Below are positions 1 to 9,740 of a stretch of DNA of 53,684 bases, in pieces. Each line of letters opens with the position of its first letter. Within the stretch, counting starts at the first letter, position 1. Origin of the DNA: Bacteroidota bacterium (GTDB taxonomy: Bacteria; Bacteroidota; Bacteroidia; 2-12-FULL-35-15); assembly GCA_040388455.1 (NCBI GenBank), contig JAZKBX010000120.1:10982-64665 (forward strand), in the 5' to 3' direction. Under the pieces are notes generated by a model. That model did not search any database. It was not told the DNA's origin and saw nothing but the letters and a program-made list of their open reading frames with translations. The translations under genes and the position numbers were made by a program.

Positions 1-2
1 CT

Positions 3-572
3 ACTTCTGGTGTTGGTACTGGTGCAACATTTAATACAGGTTTATTTGGTGTGAATACATTGACAGTGAATACTGCTGGCGTTTACACTGTGTTGCCATC
101 AAATCCTATTTCACAAGCATCTTCTTCCGGTTCTGGAACAGGTGCTACATTAACTGGAACATGGGGTGTAAATACAGTTGTGTTGGGAGCTAATGGTTCC
201 GGATACAGCTCAATGCCAACTGTTACAATAAGTGGTGGTGCAGGAACGGGCGCGACAGCAACGGCTGTGATGGAAGGTGATTCTATTGTTGTTGTTGATG
301 GAGGTTCCGGATATACAACCACTCCAACTGTATCATTTACTGGTGGCGGTGGAACGTTATTGGCTGCAACTGTAACGATTAACGTAGCTACTGAATCTAT
401 AACAGCAGGAACGGTAACTGTAAGAGGTGGAGGTTATACAAGCTTCCCGACTCTTGTGTTAACGGGCGGTTTGGGTAGCATACTTGTATATAATGAGGGT
501 AAGACTGAGTTTATTAAATTGCAGGTGGCTGAAACCATTGTTCAGGTGCAAACAAGTGTGAATGCATTATAA
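3..572 (+). CDS. Gly/Thr-rich virion structural protein, 5'-truncated by the window edge
   Basis: Frame is open from base 3, so the GTG at 51 is probably internal. Repeated GSGY(T/S)xxPTV(T/S)xxGG units typical of phage baseplate/fibre proteins. Followed by a terminator. Confidence 0.7.
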   Translation, partial: TSGVGTGATFNTGLFGVNTLTVNTAGVYTVLPSNPISQASSSGSGTGATLTGTWGVNTVVLGANGSGYSSMPTVTISGGAGTGATATAVMEGDSIVVVDGGSGYTTTPTVSFTGGGGTLLAATVTINVATESITAGTVTVRGGGYTSFPTLVLTGGLGSILVYNEGKTEFIKLQVAETIVQVQTSVNAL

Positions 573-594
573 AATTACGATTGTTGTTTAAGGT

Positions 595-629
595 AAAAAT
601 GGAGTCTGAGAAATTGGACTCCATTTTTT
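595..629 (+). terminator. Rho-independent (bidirectional-type) terminator
   Basis: AAAAATGGAGTC-loop-GACTCCATTTTTT. Confidence 0.85.
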
Positions 630-640
630 GTTTTGTAAAA

Positions 641-682
641 TTGTTACAGAATCATTAATTACAAATTTGTTATTTATTTTTG
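641..682 (+). promoter_or_regulatory. Late promoter 1: TTGTTACA box + Bacteroidota -7 element TATTTTTG
   Basis: TTGTTACA 641-648, TATTTTTG 675-682 (offset 34). Same architecture recurs six times on this arm. Confidence 0.75.
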
Positions 683-712
683 AAGTACTTAAATTAAATT
701 TATTACTTCAAA

Positions 713-1054
713 ATGAATAAGCCAAACCTTTCAAAAGTAAAGGACAAGTCAGTCCTTGAATATATTTCAAGTCTTGAAGATCAGTTAAAAACTCCTTACG
801 CTGAAGCATTTATTTCATTAAAAAGAATGGTTGATAATGGAACCGATCAAATGAAAAATATAGTTTTTGATGTATTTACTCCTGAAGGAGAAACCAAGTT
901 TAAGCAGGCGGCAAAATTCACAGCTCAGTTGAAGGTGTGGTATTCTGAAATGGAATATTTTAAATCTAAAATGAGTCCAGAAGAAATTGTTGAAGTGAGT
1001 AAAGGTGTTGTTAAGGAGGATGGTGTAGAGCAATTTTTAAAGGAGAGGGGATAA
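713..1054 (+). CDS. Putative terminase small subunit
   Basis: Small helical protein 2 nt upstream of TerL; call is positional only. Confidence 0.5.
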   Translation: MNKPNLSKVKDKSVLEYISSLEDQLKTPYAEAFISLKRMVDNGTDQMKNIVFDVFTPEGETKFKQAAKFTAQLKVWYSEMEYFKSKMSPEEIVEVSKGVVKEDGVEQFLKERG

Positions 1055-1056
1055 AA

Positions 1057-3087
1057 ATGATTCAGAAGCCAAAAGATTTTGTTCGTGAACGTTTAATAGG
1101 AGATTACATTATAACTCTTCCTGAGTGCCCACCTGTCAATAAAATAGACAATTATAAACTTCCACAAAAGGATCAGAAATTTTGTAGAGCAGATGTTCCA
1201 AAAGATTTTAAGTCTTGGGCGCCAGAAAAACGAAAGGAATACATATCAAGGGAGTGGGATAGAAGGCTGAACGGGTATTGGTTCTACAATAACGGTAACA
1301 TAGAGTTTATGACCGGAATAAATTATTTTTATGTTTCGTGGTGGAGAATAAACACTGGGTATCCATTGTTTACAGATGCTGACAGAGATTTTTTCTATGT
1401 ATGGGATATGTGTGAGAAAGATGTATTGTGTGATGGACTTGTTTATATAACTCACCGTGGGGAGGGTAAAACTTACAAAGCGACCTGTATTCTTTATGAG
1501 CCTATTTCAAGAAGGAATAATGTAATTGCTACTATACAATCAAAAACAGAACCTGATGCAAGAAAAGTTTTCAATAAACTTGTTCAATCATGGAAGTATT
1601 TGCCTTCTTTCTTTAAGCCTATTGATACTGGAGTTAGTAGGCCAGCAAAGGTGTTGGAGTTTATGGAGCCATCTGTTAGAACTTCAAAAACACAAGAAAA
1701 AATAACATCTGATGTTTTAGATTCATTTCTAAGCTATCTGTCTTCTGGAGAGGTTGCTGGTGATGGGGACAATTATCACAGGATCCTTCAAGATGAAATT
1801 GGTAAAACGGTTGAAGTTAATGTTGACGACAGAATGAAGGTTATGCGTGAAACATTGAGGGCAGGAAGGGGTAAGTACGGTAGGGGTAAGATTTTAGCGA
1901 CCACTACCGTTGAGGAAATGGAGAAGAAGGGTGGTAAGAATTGTAAGTTGGTTTGGGATAAATCAAACCCAAAAAAGAGGGATGGTAACGGATATACGGT
2001 TAGCGGTCTTTATCGTTTATTTAAGCCTTCTGATTATGGGTATATTGAGATAATGAATGGCGAGTCTTTTATTGATGAATACGGGTATTCTTTAAGAGAA
2101 AAAGCGAAAACATTTTTTTTAAATAAAAGATCTGCCCTGAAAGGTAGTGACTTGAATTCCGAGAAAAGAAAGTTTCCTCTTGAAGAGAAAGATATTTGGG
2201 TATCTGACACGAAGCGTGCTGTATATGATACCCAAAGGGTTGAAGATCAGTTAGAGTATAACCAAAGCCTTGTTAATCAGCTGGTGAGAGGTAATTTCTA
2301 TTGGATTGGCGGTGTTCAGTATGGAACTGTTGGGTGGAACCCGGATGAGAATGGGAAGTGGTTATTGTCGTGGCTTCCTCCAAATGAGTTAAGAAATAAG
2401 ACTATTATTAATGCTGGTAAAAAGTCTCCAGGAAATGTAGACCTTAGTTGTGCTGGACTGGATCCTTATGATAATAACACAACTGCTGATGATAGAAAGT
2501 CTGATGCTGCAAGTTATGTTTTTAGAAAGTTTGATCCGTTGAATCCTTATGATACAGGAATATTTGTGTGCGAATACGTTAACCGGCCAAACAAGTCTGA
2601 GATTATGTTTGAAGATATGCTTATGCAATCAATATTTTATGGACACGAAATATTGATTGAAAGCAATAAAATTGGATGTATTAATTATTTCTTGTCAAAA
2701 GGGTATGAAAATTATTTAATGCGTAGGCCAGAAGAAACTCAGACTGCCAGTTCCAGAAAAATGACAGAGGATTGGGGTATCCCTATGTCCGGGTCCGAGT
2801 CAAGACAGAGTTTAGTATATGCCACTGAAAGCTATATAATTAACCGGGTGGGGATGATTCAGGAAGATGGTCAGCAGCCTTATATGGGAAAGTGTTATTT
2901 TAATAAACTTCTTCAGACTTGGTTAGATTATGATGTAGATGATGATTGGACAAAATATGATAGTATGGTAGGCGCTGGGCTTGCTTTACTTGGGGCAAGG
3001 AAGTATATTCCAAAGAAAAAAATCATTAAGAACTTGAATTTATTTCCTCAATTCAGGTTAAATGGTGATGTAAGTGAGCGTATATAG
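1057..3087 (+). CDS. terL: Terminase large subunit
   Basis: Walker A-like HRGEGKT, Walker B ILQDEIGK, RNase H-like nuclease motifs GLDPYD, LIESN and YDSMVG. Lies upstream of the portal. Confidence 0.92.
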   Translation: MIQKPKDFVRERLIGDYIITLPECPPVNKIDNYKLPQKDQKFCRADVPKDFKSWAPEKRKEYISREWDRRLNGYWFYNNGNIEFMTGINYFYVSWWRINTGYPLFTDADRDFFYVWDMCEKDVLCDGLVYITHRGEGKTYKATCILYEPISRRNNVIATIQSKTEPDARKVFNKLVQSWKYLPSFFKPIDTGVSRPAKVLEFMEPSVRTSKTQEKITSDVLDSFLSYLSSGEVAGDGDNYHRILQDEIGKTVEVNVDDRMKVMRETLRAGRGKYGRGKILATTTVEEMEKKGGKNCKLVWDKSNPKKRDGNGYTVSGLYRLFKPSDYGYIEIMNGESFIDEYGYSLREKAKTFFLNKRSALKGSDLNSEKRKFPLEEKDIWVSDTKRAVYDTQRVEDQLEYNQSLVNQLVRGNFYWIGGVQYGTVGWNPDENGKWLLSWLPPNELRNKTIINAGKKSPGNVDLSCAGLDPYDNNTTADDRKSDAASYVFRKFDPLNPYDTGIFVCEYVNRPNKSEIMFEDMLMQSIFYGHEILIESNKIGCINYFLSKGYENYLMRRPEETQTASSRKMTEDWGIPMSGSESRQSLVYATESYIINRVGMIQEDGQQPYMGKCYFNKLLQTWLDYDVDDDWTKYDSMVGAGLALLGARKYIPKKKIIKNLNLFPQFRLNGDVSERI

Positions 3088-3092
3088 AATTA

Positions 3093-3134
3093 TTGTTACA
3101 AAATTAATTTTAGATTTTATATTTAATAAGTTTG
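3093..3134 (+). promoter_or_regulatory. Late promoter 2 (portal)
   Basis: TTGTTACA 3093-3100, TAAGTTTG 3127-3134 (offset 34). Confidence 0.75.
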
Positions 3135-3153
3135 TAAATATCCCTATTTTGTA

Positions 3154-5634
3154 ATGACAGTTGACCTTAAAGCTAAATATAATGCCTTTCCCAGCGACTT
3201 TGAGTCATTAGAGGAAAAGAAAACTGAAAGATTTGGTTTAGAGTACGTAAAGGCAATGTATTCGTTGCATGCGTTAAACTACCCCATTAACAACCCAACA
3301 ATGCTCCAGTATTTCATGAACAGGGAGTGGGCTGAGGGTATTTACAGTACAAATATTTATAAACCAAGAATGGGTATGGAGGGTGATACGTCCTTCCTTA
3401 ACCTTGATTATTCAGCTATTTGCAGGATACCGACTATTGTAGATAATATGGTTGGTAAGCTTACAAATAAGCCATGGCGATTCCAATGCAATCCTACCGA
3501 TACAGTATCCAGGTCAAAATTTGATGATGCCCGTGATGAAATGCGTGCAGATATGTTCTTGAAACAGCATTCTGATGAGGTTGAAAAAAGAACAGGTATT
3601 CCATTGATTCCAAAAGGTAAATTCGTTCCAGAAGACGAGGATGAAAAAGAGCTTCATCTTCAGATGAATTTTAAGTTGGATGAGGCTGAGGCTATGGAGC
3701 TTGCGTTGAAGTGGGTTTTCGATAATAATAATTTTGAAAAAGAGTCAGTTCCTAAAATTTATCGCGATTTAATTGTAGATAAAAAAACTGCTATATGGCG
3801 ATATTATGATGAGAATAAAAACATTAGAGTAAAACGATGGGATCACATAAAATTAATTCACCCGAATAGTGTAGAAGAGGATTTTAAAGATATCCCTTAT
3901 GTTGGTTTGCTGCAAACTTATACTATAGGAGCGCTTGCTAAAATGAATGCAGGACTTACTGATGAGCAGCTATATACAATAGCTAAGTGTCATGCAGGAA
4001 AAAATAATAATTTACCGTGGAATAGTGATTGGTATTTGAATTATCAAGCATATTCTGGTAGATACGGTGAAATAGCTTATCAGCAGTTTCAAAACTTCAA
4101 TATTGATTTGGTTAACTTTTACTTTTTAACTCCAGTTAATACTGTAAAGGCTGTTAAAACTAATGTATCCGGAAGGGTTCGTGTTGAAGATAAAAAAGGA
4201 GATTATGTTGCTGACACAAAAGAAAAAACTTTTGGTGAGCAGACTGAAGATGTTGATGTTGTAAGAAGAAAAAAACTTGTTCGATTTGAAGGGTTTTGGG
4301 TTCCGGGTACAGATATTATTTGGGATTACAAGATGTCTGAAAATGTTGAAAGAGATCCAACTCCTGGTGGTTATAGTCCTGAGACAGAGTTGCCAGTGAA
4401 GATAATCATGCCTAACATGATTGGTAATAAGAACAAGTCGGATGTTCAGCGGATGATTCCTATTGAAAAACAGGTAATGTTAGCCTGGTTGAAGCTTCAA
4501 CAGTTTCTTATAGAAGCTATGCCTCCAGGTATGGCTATAAACCAGAATGCATTACTTGAAGTTGTAAATGGCGCTGGTGAGGGTAAAGCTTTGCCTACTG
4601 ATTGGACTAAGCTTTATAAGCAAACCGGTAATATTATTTTTACAGATAAAGGTCCAGATGGATTACCAATAAACATTCCATTTAAAGAGTTGAACGGAGG
4701 TATAGGTCCTGCATTTATGGATTTCATGCGCGTTATGGATTACGGCATAAACAAAATGAATGAGGTAGTTGGATATAATACTGCTGTAGATGCTAGTTCT
4801 CCTAAAACGGATGTGTTGGTTGGCACACAGGAAATGGCTCAGCAGGCTACTTATGATTGTATGCGTCCTAAGTATATGGCTGCAACAAACCTTATAGAAG
4901 GTACAGGTAAGCGTGTAGGTTTGATGATACAGGATTGTTTGAGGTTAGGTAATGATTCGTTTAGGTTAGCTCTGGCTGAGGCTATTGGTCAGTCTAATGT
5001 TGATGTTCTTACTATGGGGCGGGATGTGCCTTTTTCATCTGCGGCTATCAGTGTGGAAATTCAGCCAGATGATTTTGAAATGCAAGCTATTAATAGGCAC
5101 ATTGAATTGGGTATTGCAAATAAAACTCTTACATCTTCCGATGCGCTTCGTGTTCGTCAGCAGCTGAAGACTAATGTTAAATTAGCAGGTCAGCTAATGG
5201 TTTTCCTTGAAAAGAAAAACATTAAAGAGGCTATTAAATTGCAGTCAGCAGCTATACAGGAAAATGCTGTAGCCCAACAACAATCTGCTCAGGTTGCAAG
5301 TCAAATGAAGCAGCAGGAACTTCAGTTGGAGAATCAAGCTAAAAAGGAGCTAATGCAGTTTGAGTATCAGTTAAAAGGAGGGTTAAGCGAACAAGAGCAC
5401 TTACAAAATATGCAGGAAATCGCGGGTAAAAACTCCGGGCTTATTCAGCAGGCACAAGTTAATGCTGGAAGAGCTATTCAAGTTCAGGAGATCAGCACTA
5501 CTGGAAAATTGGAAGAAGCTCATATTGCAAAAGAAGGTGCTATTGAGAAATCACATATTGATCATGAAGGTAAGTTGAAGCATGAAGCGTTTAAGGCTGC
5601 TGTTACACCTAAGAAGGAGCCTGCAAAAAAATAA
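3154..5634 (+). CDS. Portal protein
   Basis: 826 aa after TerL, 'FLNLDYS...IPTIVDNMVG' N-terminal motif, Gln-rich coiled-coil C-terminal barrel as in P22/crAss-type portals. Confidence 0.88.
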   Translation: MTVDLKAKYNAFPSDFESLEEKKTERFGLEYVKAMYSLHALNYPINNPTMLQYFMNREWAEGIYSTNIYKPRMGMEGDTSFLNLDYSAICRIPTIVDNMVGKLTNKPWRFQCNPTDTVSRSKFDDARDEMRADMFLKQHSDEVEKRTGIPLIPKGKFVPEDEDEKELHLQMNFKLDEAEAMELALKWVFDNNNFEKESVPKIYRDLIVDKKTAIWRYYDENKNIRVKRWDHIKLIHPNSVEEDFKDIPYVGLLQTYTIGALAKMNAGLTDEQLYTIAKCHAGKNNNLPWNSDWYLNYQAYSGRYGEIAYQQFQNFNIDLVNFYFLTPVNTVKAVKTNVSGRVRVEDKKGDYVADTKEKTFGEQTEDVDVVRRKKLVRFEGFWVPGTDIIWDYKMSENVERDPTPGGYSPETELPVKIIMPNMIGNKNKSDVQRMIPIEKQVMLAWLKLQQFLIEAMPPGMAINQNALLEVVNGAGEGKALPTDWTKLYKQTGNIIFTDKGPDGLPINIPFKELNGGIGPAFMDFMRVMDYGINKMNEVVGYNTAVDASSPKTDVLVGTQEMAQQATYDCMRPKYMAATNLIEGTGKRVGLMIQDCLRLGNDSFRLALAEAIGQSNVDVLTMGRDVPFSSAAISVEIQPDDFEMQAINRHIELGIANKTLTSSDALRVRQQLKTNVKLAGQLMVFLEKKNIKEAIKLQSAAIQENAVAQQQSAQVASQMKQQELQLENQAKKELMQFEYQLKGGLSEQEHLQNMQEIAGKNSGLIQQAQVNAGRAIQVQEISTTGKLEEAHIAKEGAIEKSHIDHEGKLKHEAFKAAVTPKKEPAKK

Positions 5635-5644
5635 TTACATTATT

Positions 5645-5686
5645 TTGTTACAATAATTACATGAATGTAATGAGAAATTATTTTTG
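5645..5686 (+). promoter_or_regulatory. Late promoter 3 (scaffold-capsid operon)
   Basis: TTGTTACA 5645-5652, TATTTTTG 5679-5686 (offset 34). Confidence 0.75.
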
Positions 5687-5717
5687 TGATATATAAATTA
5701 AATTTAATTAAATAAAA

Positions 5718-6851
5718 ATGCCTGACGAATTAACAATTGAGCAAAAGATAGCAGCTGATATGTCAGCTAGTTATGCAGAACATATAGGTGCTAACGTGCC
5801 GCCAGTAGTTCCTCCGGTTGAACCACCAGTTCCTCCAGTAGAACCACCAGTAGAGCCGCCACCAGTTGTGCCACCAGTAGTTCCTCCGGTTGAACCACCA
5901 GTTCCTCCAGTAGAACCACCAGTAGAAAAAACTTTTGAAGATTATTTGGCAGAGCGTTCTGGAGGTAAATATAAAAAGTGGGAAGATGTTGAGGTGGAGT
6001 TAACACCAAAAGAAATTTTCGCAAACGAAAAAATAAAGCACCTTAATGATTTAGCTGAAAAAGGTGTTGATGTAACGAGTAGAGAGTTCCTTGAACTTCA
6101 AAGTTTAGACTTTGATAAAATGGATAAAGTAGAAGATATTCTTTTCGAGAAGTGGAAACGCGGTGAAGAAGGAAAAGGATTATCTGAACGTACTATACGT
6201 TACGAAATAAATAAAAAATACAATGTTAATGAGTGGACCAATAAAGAAGCTGCTGATTTAACAGAAGATGATATCGCTAACAGAGAGAAAATGTTTCGTG
6301 ATTCAAACGAATCAAAATCCTGGTTAACGAATTATAAAAACGAACGAGTATTAGAAAAAACAATTGACCCATCTGAGGTAGAGGCAATGGCCGAAACGCA
6401 GAGACGCGAGTTACAAAATTGGGATACATTTGTTGACTCTAATTTAGTAAGTAAAATAACAAAACTGTCAACTCCGATTAGCTATAAGGATGAGACAGAT
6501 AAAGTGGTTGAATCAGTTCTTGATTTTCCGGTATCAGCAAAATCGCTTCAAGAAGTTGGAGAAATGATGAAACAGTTGCCAAGAAACTCAAATGCTTTTT
6601 TTGATCAGTTTAACAAAAAAGATGGAAGTAGAGATCATGAAGCGTTTGCTATTATGATGCTAAAGGCAAAGAGTTTTGATGAAGCAAGGGCTTTATCTTA
6701 TTCCGCTGGAGCAGAACAAAGGGCGTTAGTGATTGAAAAGACATCAAAGAACACAAATTTCAAACCTGCTGAGGTTACTCCTCAAGGCAAAGTATTTACA
6801 ACGGTAGCCGAAGCTCAGGCTGATGCTATTCGAAACATGAAAGTTTTATAA
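5718..6851 (+). CDS. Putative capsid scaffolding protein with Pro-rich N-terminal repeat
   Basis: Acidic helical protein between portal and MCP; (V/E)PPV repeats. Confidence 0.7.
   Translation: MPDELTIEQKIAADMSASYAEHIGANVPPVVPPVEPPVPPVEPPVEPPPVVPPVVPPVEPPVPPVEPPVEKTFEDYLAERSGGKYKKWEDVEVELTPKEIFANEKIKHLNDLAEKGVDVTSREFLELQSLDFDKMDKVEDILFEKWKRGEEGKGLSERTIRYEINKKYNVNEWTNKEAADLTEDDIANREKMFRDSNESKSWLTNYKNERVLEKTIDPSEVEAMAETQRRELQNWDTFVDSNLVSKITKLSTPISYKDETDKVVESVLDFPVSAKSLQEVGEMMKQLPRNSNAFFDQFNKKDGSRDHEAFAIMMLKAKSFDEARALSYSAGAEQRALVIEKTSKNTNFKPAEVTPQGKVFTTVAEAQADAIRNMKVL
5796..5926 (+). repeat. Coding tandem duplication, 72-bp period, built of PPV/PVE micro-repeats
   Basis: gtgcc(g/a)ccagtagttcctccggttgaaccaccagttcctccagtagaaccaccagtaga at 5796 and 5868. 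Confidence 0.9.
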
Positions 6852-6894
6852 TCTAAAAAAATCTAAAAAAAGGGTTTAAGAAACCACAAAAAAT

Positions 6895-8343
6895 ATGTAT
6901 TCATTTTCAACACCATCAACAGTTCAGGTAGCGACACAATCCAATTGGGTTGCATCTAACTCTATTTACGATCAGCGTAAACCGTATATTGATGCCCGCG
7001 AAGCGAAAGTTTGGGGTTCTCAGGATATTTCCGGTTTATTCGATGAGTTAAAAGGAGGTAAAAATTATGTAGAGGCTAATTTTGGTCGTCACATGGAAGA
7101 GGATCGTTTACACGCGATCATTCACGCAACTGGTACTACTCAGGCGGCTTTAGGAGCTGTTGTGTATACTGTAGTGTCAGGTGATACAATCACTTCATGG
7201 CCTTCCGTAGAATTACCGTATATCGCTACAGGTACTACAGGTTTTCCATCATTAGGTGGTGCAACTCTTGTTCCTGTTCGTGTTCACGAAGTGTTAGTGT
7301 TCCCAGGCAACGTAAGAGGTAAAGTAACTGCAGTGTCAGGTGCTACTTTTACTGTAACTCCAACCGGTTCAGTGGATTTACCAACTACAATTTCTACAGA
7401 CGAAATCTGGAGTTTAGGTATCTCGATTCCAGAAGGTTTCAAGGAGCAAATTACTTCAAACAACTGGAGAGAGCATGTTGTGTATTGGAATTCTGAGATC
7501 ATGCAAGATGCTCACGAAACAACTGGTACTGCAATGGTTCAAGCAACTTGGTTATCATTTACTGCTCCTGATGGACAGACAATGTTTAACTGGTGGTTTA
7601 AAGGCCAAATGGGTGCTCGTAAACAATTCGTTAACTACCGTGAGTTCTCATTGGTATTTGGTGAGTCTGTAACGAACTCTACAACTTTACCGGCAAATTA
7701 TTCTGCACAGTATCAACAAACAAATGGTTTGCTTCAGTTCGCGGCATCATTCGGTAACACACCGGTGTATGACCTTACTACAGGCATGACCTTGGATGAT
7801 TTCCAAAATATAATCATTGATACTTTAAGCAAAAATGCTGCATCAACTGAAAATTGCTTGTACACAGCGATCTCTGTAGATAAAATGTTAAGCTCATTTA
7901 TCCGCACTGAAATGCAAAATGGCGGTATCATTTATGATGCCCTTGGTGGATCAAAAGATGCGTATGTGAAACTTGACCTAAGAGACTTTGAAGTTTTAGG
8001 TTATACTTTCCACAGAAAAGTGTATTCAGTATTTAACGATCCAACTACGGCTGGAAACGTAAGTTCTGTGTATAAAAATTTCGCATTCATGGTGCCAATG
8101 GAAAGCAACATGTACGTATGTGCAGAGAAAAAAGAAAAAGTAGAATGTCCTCCAATGAGAGTTAATTACTTGAAACAAGGCGGCTTCAACCGTGAGTGGA
8201 TCGAGACGTTAACAGGTGGTGCTATCGGAAGCAATGCATATACTAACAATGGCGACTACGCTAAGGTTGATATGCGCTCTGAGTGCGCATTTGAAGGGTT
8301 TGGAGCCAACAGGTTCATGACCTTAACTGGAGAGAACCTATAG
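6895..8343 (+). CDS. Major capsid protein
   Basis: 482 aa after scaffold, biased codon usage (ttc/aac/atc), followed by a hairpin. C-terminal 'D...RSECAFEGFGANRF' resembles crAss-like/Bacteroidota podophage MCPs. Confidence 0.85.
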   Translation: MYSFSTPSTVQVATQSNWVASNSIYDQRKPYIDAREAKVWGSQDISGLFDELKGGKNYVEANFGRHMEEDRLHAIIHATGTTQAALGAVVYTVVSGDTITSWPSVELPYIATGTTGFPSLGGATLVPVRVHEVLVFPGNVRGKVTAVSGATFTVTPTGSVDLPTTISTDEIWSLGISIPEGFKEQITSNNWREHVVYWNSEIMQDAHETTGTAMVQATWLSFTAPDGQTMFNWWFKGQMGARKQFVNYREFSLVFGESVTNSTTLPANYSAQYQQTNGLLQFAASFGNTPVYDLTTGMTLDDFQNIIIDTLSKNAASTENCLYTAISVDKMLSSFIRTEMQNGGIIYDALGGSKDAYVKLDLRDFEVLGYTFHRKVYSVFNDPTTAGNVSSVYKNFAFMVPMESNMYVCAEKKEKVECPPMRVNYLKQGGFNREWIETLTGGAIGSNAYTNNGDYAKVDMRSECAFEGFGANRFMTLTGENL

Positions 8344-8347
8344 TTGA

Positions 8348-8388
8348 AATTGGGCGCAATTCTTAAATGTTTTGCGCCCAATTATTTT
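8348..8388 (+). terminator. Terminator/stabilising hairpin after MCP
   Basis: AATTGGGCGCAA-loop-TTGCGCCCAATT followed by ATTTT. Confidence 0.7.
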
Positions 8389-8425
8389 AAAAAAGTAGAG
8401 TTTAAATTAAATTTAATTAAATAAA

Positions 8426-9619
8426 ATGGAACCAATCAACAAGCCGAGAGGCACCTATGCCGATTTTTTATCTGGCGACTACTCTGAAAAACATTTCGTT
8501 TTTGAGTTAATCAAAAAAAATCCACAAGTTGGAAATAACTCACAGGGCAATCCTGCCCCTGGAATGAGAAGTAAAGAAACTGGTAAAACTGTAGAGTTTC
8601 CTTTAGCTGTTCCTATTCCATTAGTTGGAACTATAACTGCTGAAAAAACAGAGAGAAACCAGATAGTTAAATATCCTCGCAAAATCCGCTATTGTGTTGG
8701 CGAAAATAGTATCTTCATTGATGAACAGCAGCCTGATGATAAATTCCCTAAACAACTTGTTTATGCGAATTTTGTGAAAGGTCGTTTTCAGGTAGATGGT
8801 ACTGATAGTACATTGTTGAAATTTTTGTTTGCCTGGGATCAGAACGAAACCAATGAAAAAAGAAATCCAAAAAAATTCCCAAAATTTAAACTTGTTGATA
8901 CATCTGTAATTGCTCAAAAAGCTATTGCTGTAAATAAACAAAAGTTCGATGTTGTAAAGTGGTGTTACACTGCTGATTGGGAGACTGAAGTTAAGCCTTT
9001 GGCTAGCGTTATTTTTACGCATGAGCACATGTCTTATTCAACTGATGAGATACGCCATAACCTTGTTGTAATTGCTGAGAGAGATCCTGGTGCATTCCAA
9101 AAGATGTTAAAAGATCCTAAAACTGAGCGCCTTATGGTTTTGAAGGCTGCTATTGACAAGGAAATAATTGTTAAAAATCCTGCCATCAATGGTTTATTTT
9201 GGTCTGATAATCCTAATCAACCGATTAGTGTAGCTGCTTCAGGCAAAGAAGTGTTAGCTGATTTTATTGCTAAATCATTCTCTTCGGAAGGAGAGAAGAC
9301 GTATTACGCTATCAGGGATTTAGTGTTTCCAAAGGAGTCAGAAGGTTTTTCTGCTGCAACAGGTCAGAAGCCAATGGTTTTTGAGGCTCCAGTTGTAAAA
9401 GGTCCAACTGACACAACTGAAGAGCTTCGAACGTTGATTAAAGATGCTGTTGAAAGAGGAATTGTTGTTATAAGCAAAAATAATGTTTGGTGGAAATTTA
9501 TGGATAGCTCTTTCCAAAAGGAAGATGGTATGATTGAAGGTCTTCGTGACAATGAAATTATGCTTCAGGTGTTAAAAAGAAAAGTTCTTGAAACTCCAGT
9601 TGCGGAAGTTAAGGAATAA
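8426..9619 (+). CDS. Morphogenesis protein downstream of MCP (function unknown)
   Basis: 397 aa; 'RYCVGENSIFIDEQ' motif; same position as the conserved post-MCP gene of crAss-like phages. Confidence 0.6.
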   Translation: MEPINKPRGTYADFLSGDYSEKHFVFELIKKNPQVGNNSQGNPAPGMRSKETGKTVEFPLAVPIPLVGTITAEKTERNQIVKYPRKIRYCVGENSIFIDEQQPDDKFPKQLVYANFVKGRFQVDGTDSTLLKFLFAWDQNETNEKRNPKKFPKFKLVDTSVIAQKAIAVNKQKFDVVKWCYTADWETEVKPLASVIFTHEHMSYSTDEIRHNLVVIAERDPGAFQKMLKDPKTERLMVLKAAIDKEIIVKNPAINGLFWSDNPNQPISVAASGKEVLADFIAKSFSSEGEKTYYAIRDLVFPKESEGFSAATGQKPMVFEAPVVKGPTDTTEELRTLIKDAVERGIVVISKNNVWWKFMDSSFQKEDGMIEGLRDNEIMLQVLKRKVLETPVAEVKE

Positions 9620-9640
9620 AAATAAATATTAGAAATATTT

Positions 9641-9681
9641 AAAAACGGGCCTTGGATGATAATTTCAAGGCCCGTTTTTTT
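9641..9681 (+). terminator. Rho-independent terminator
   Basis: AAAAACGGGCCTTG-loop-CAAGGCCCGTTTTTTT. Confidence 0.9.
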
Positions 9682-9721
9682 GTTACATATTTTAAATATT
9701 AAAATGCGAGTGGTATTTTTG
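9680..9721 (+). promoter_or_regulatory. Late promoter 4
   Basis: TTGTTACA 9680-9687, TATTTTTG 9714-9721 (offset 34), directly after the terminator U-tract. Confidence 0.75.
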
Positions 9722-9740
9722 AAATAAACAATTACACCTC

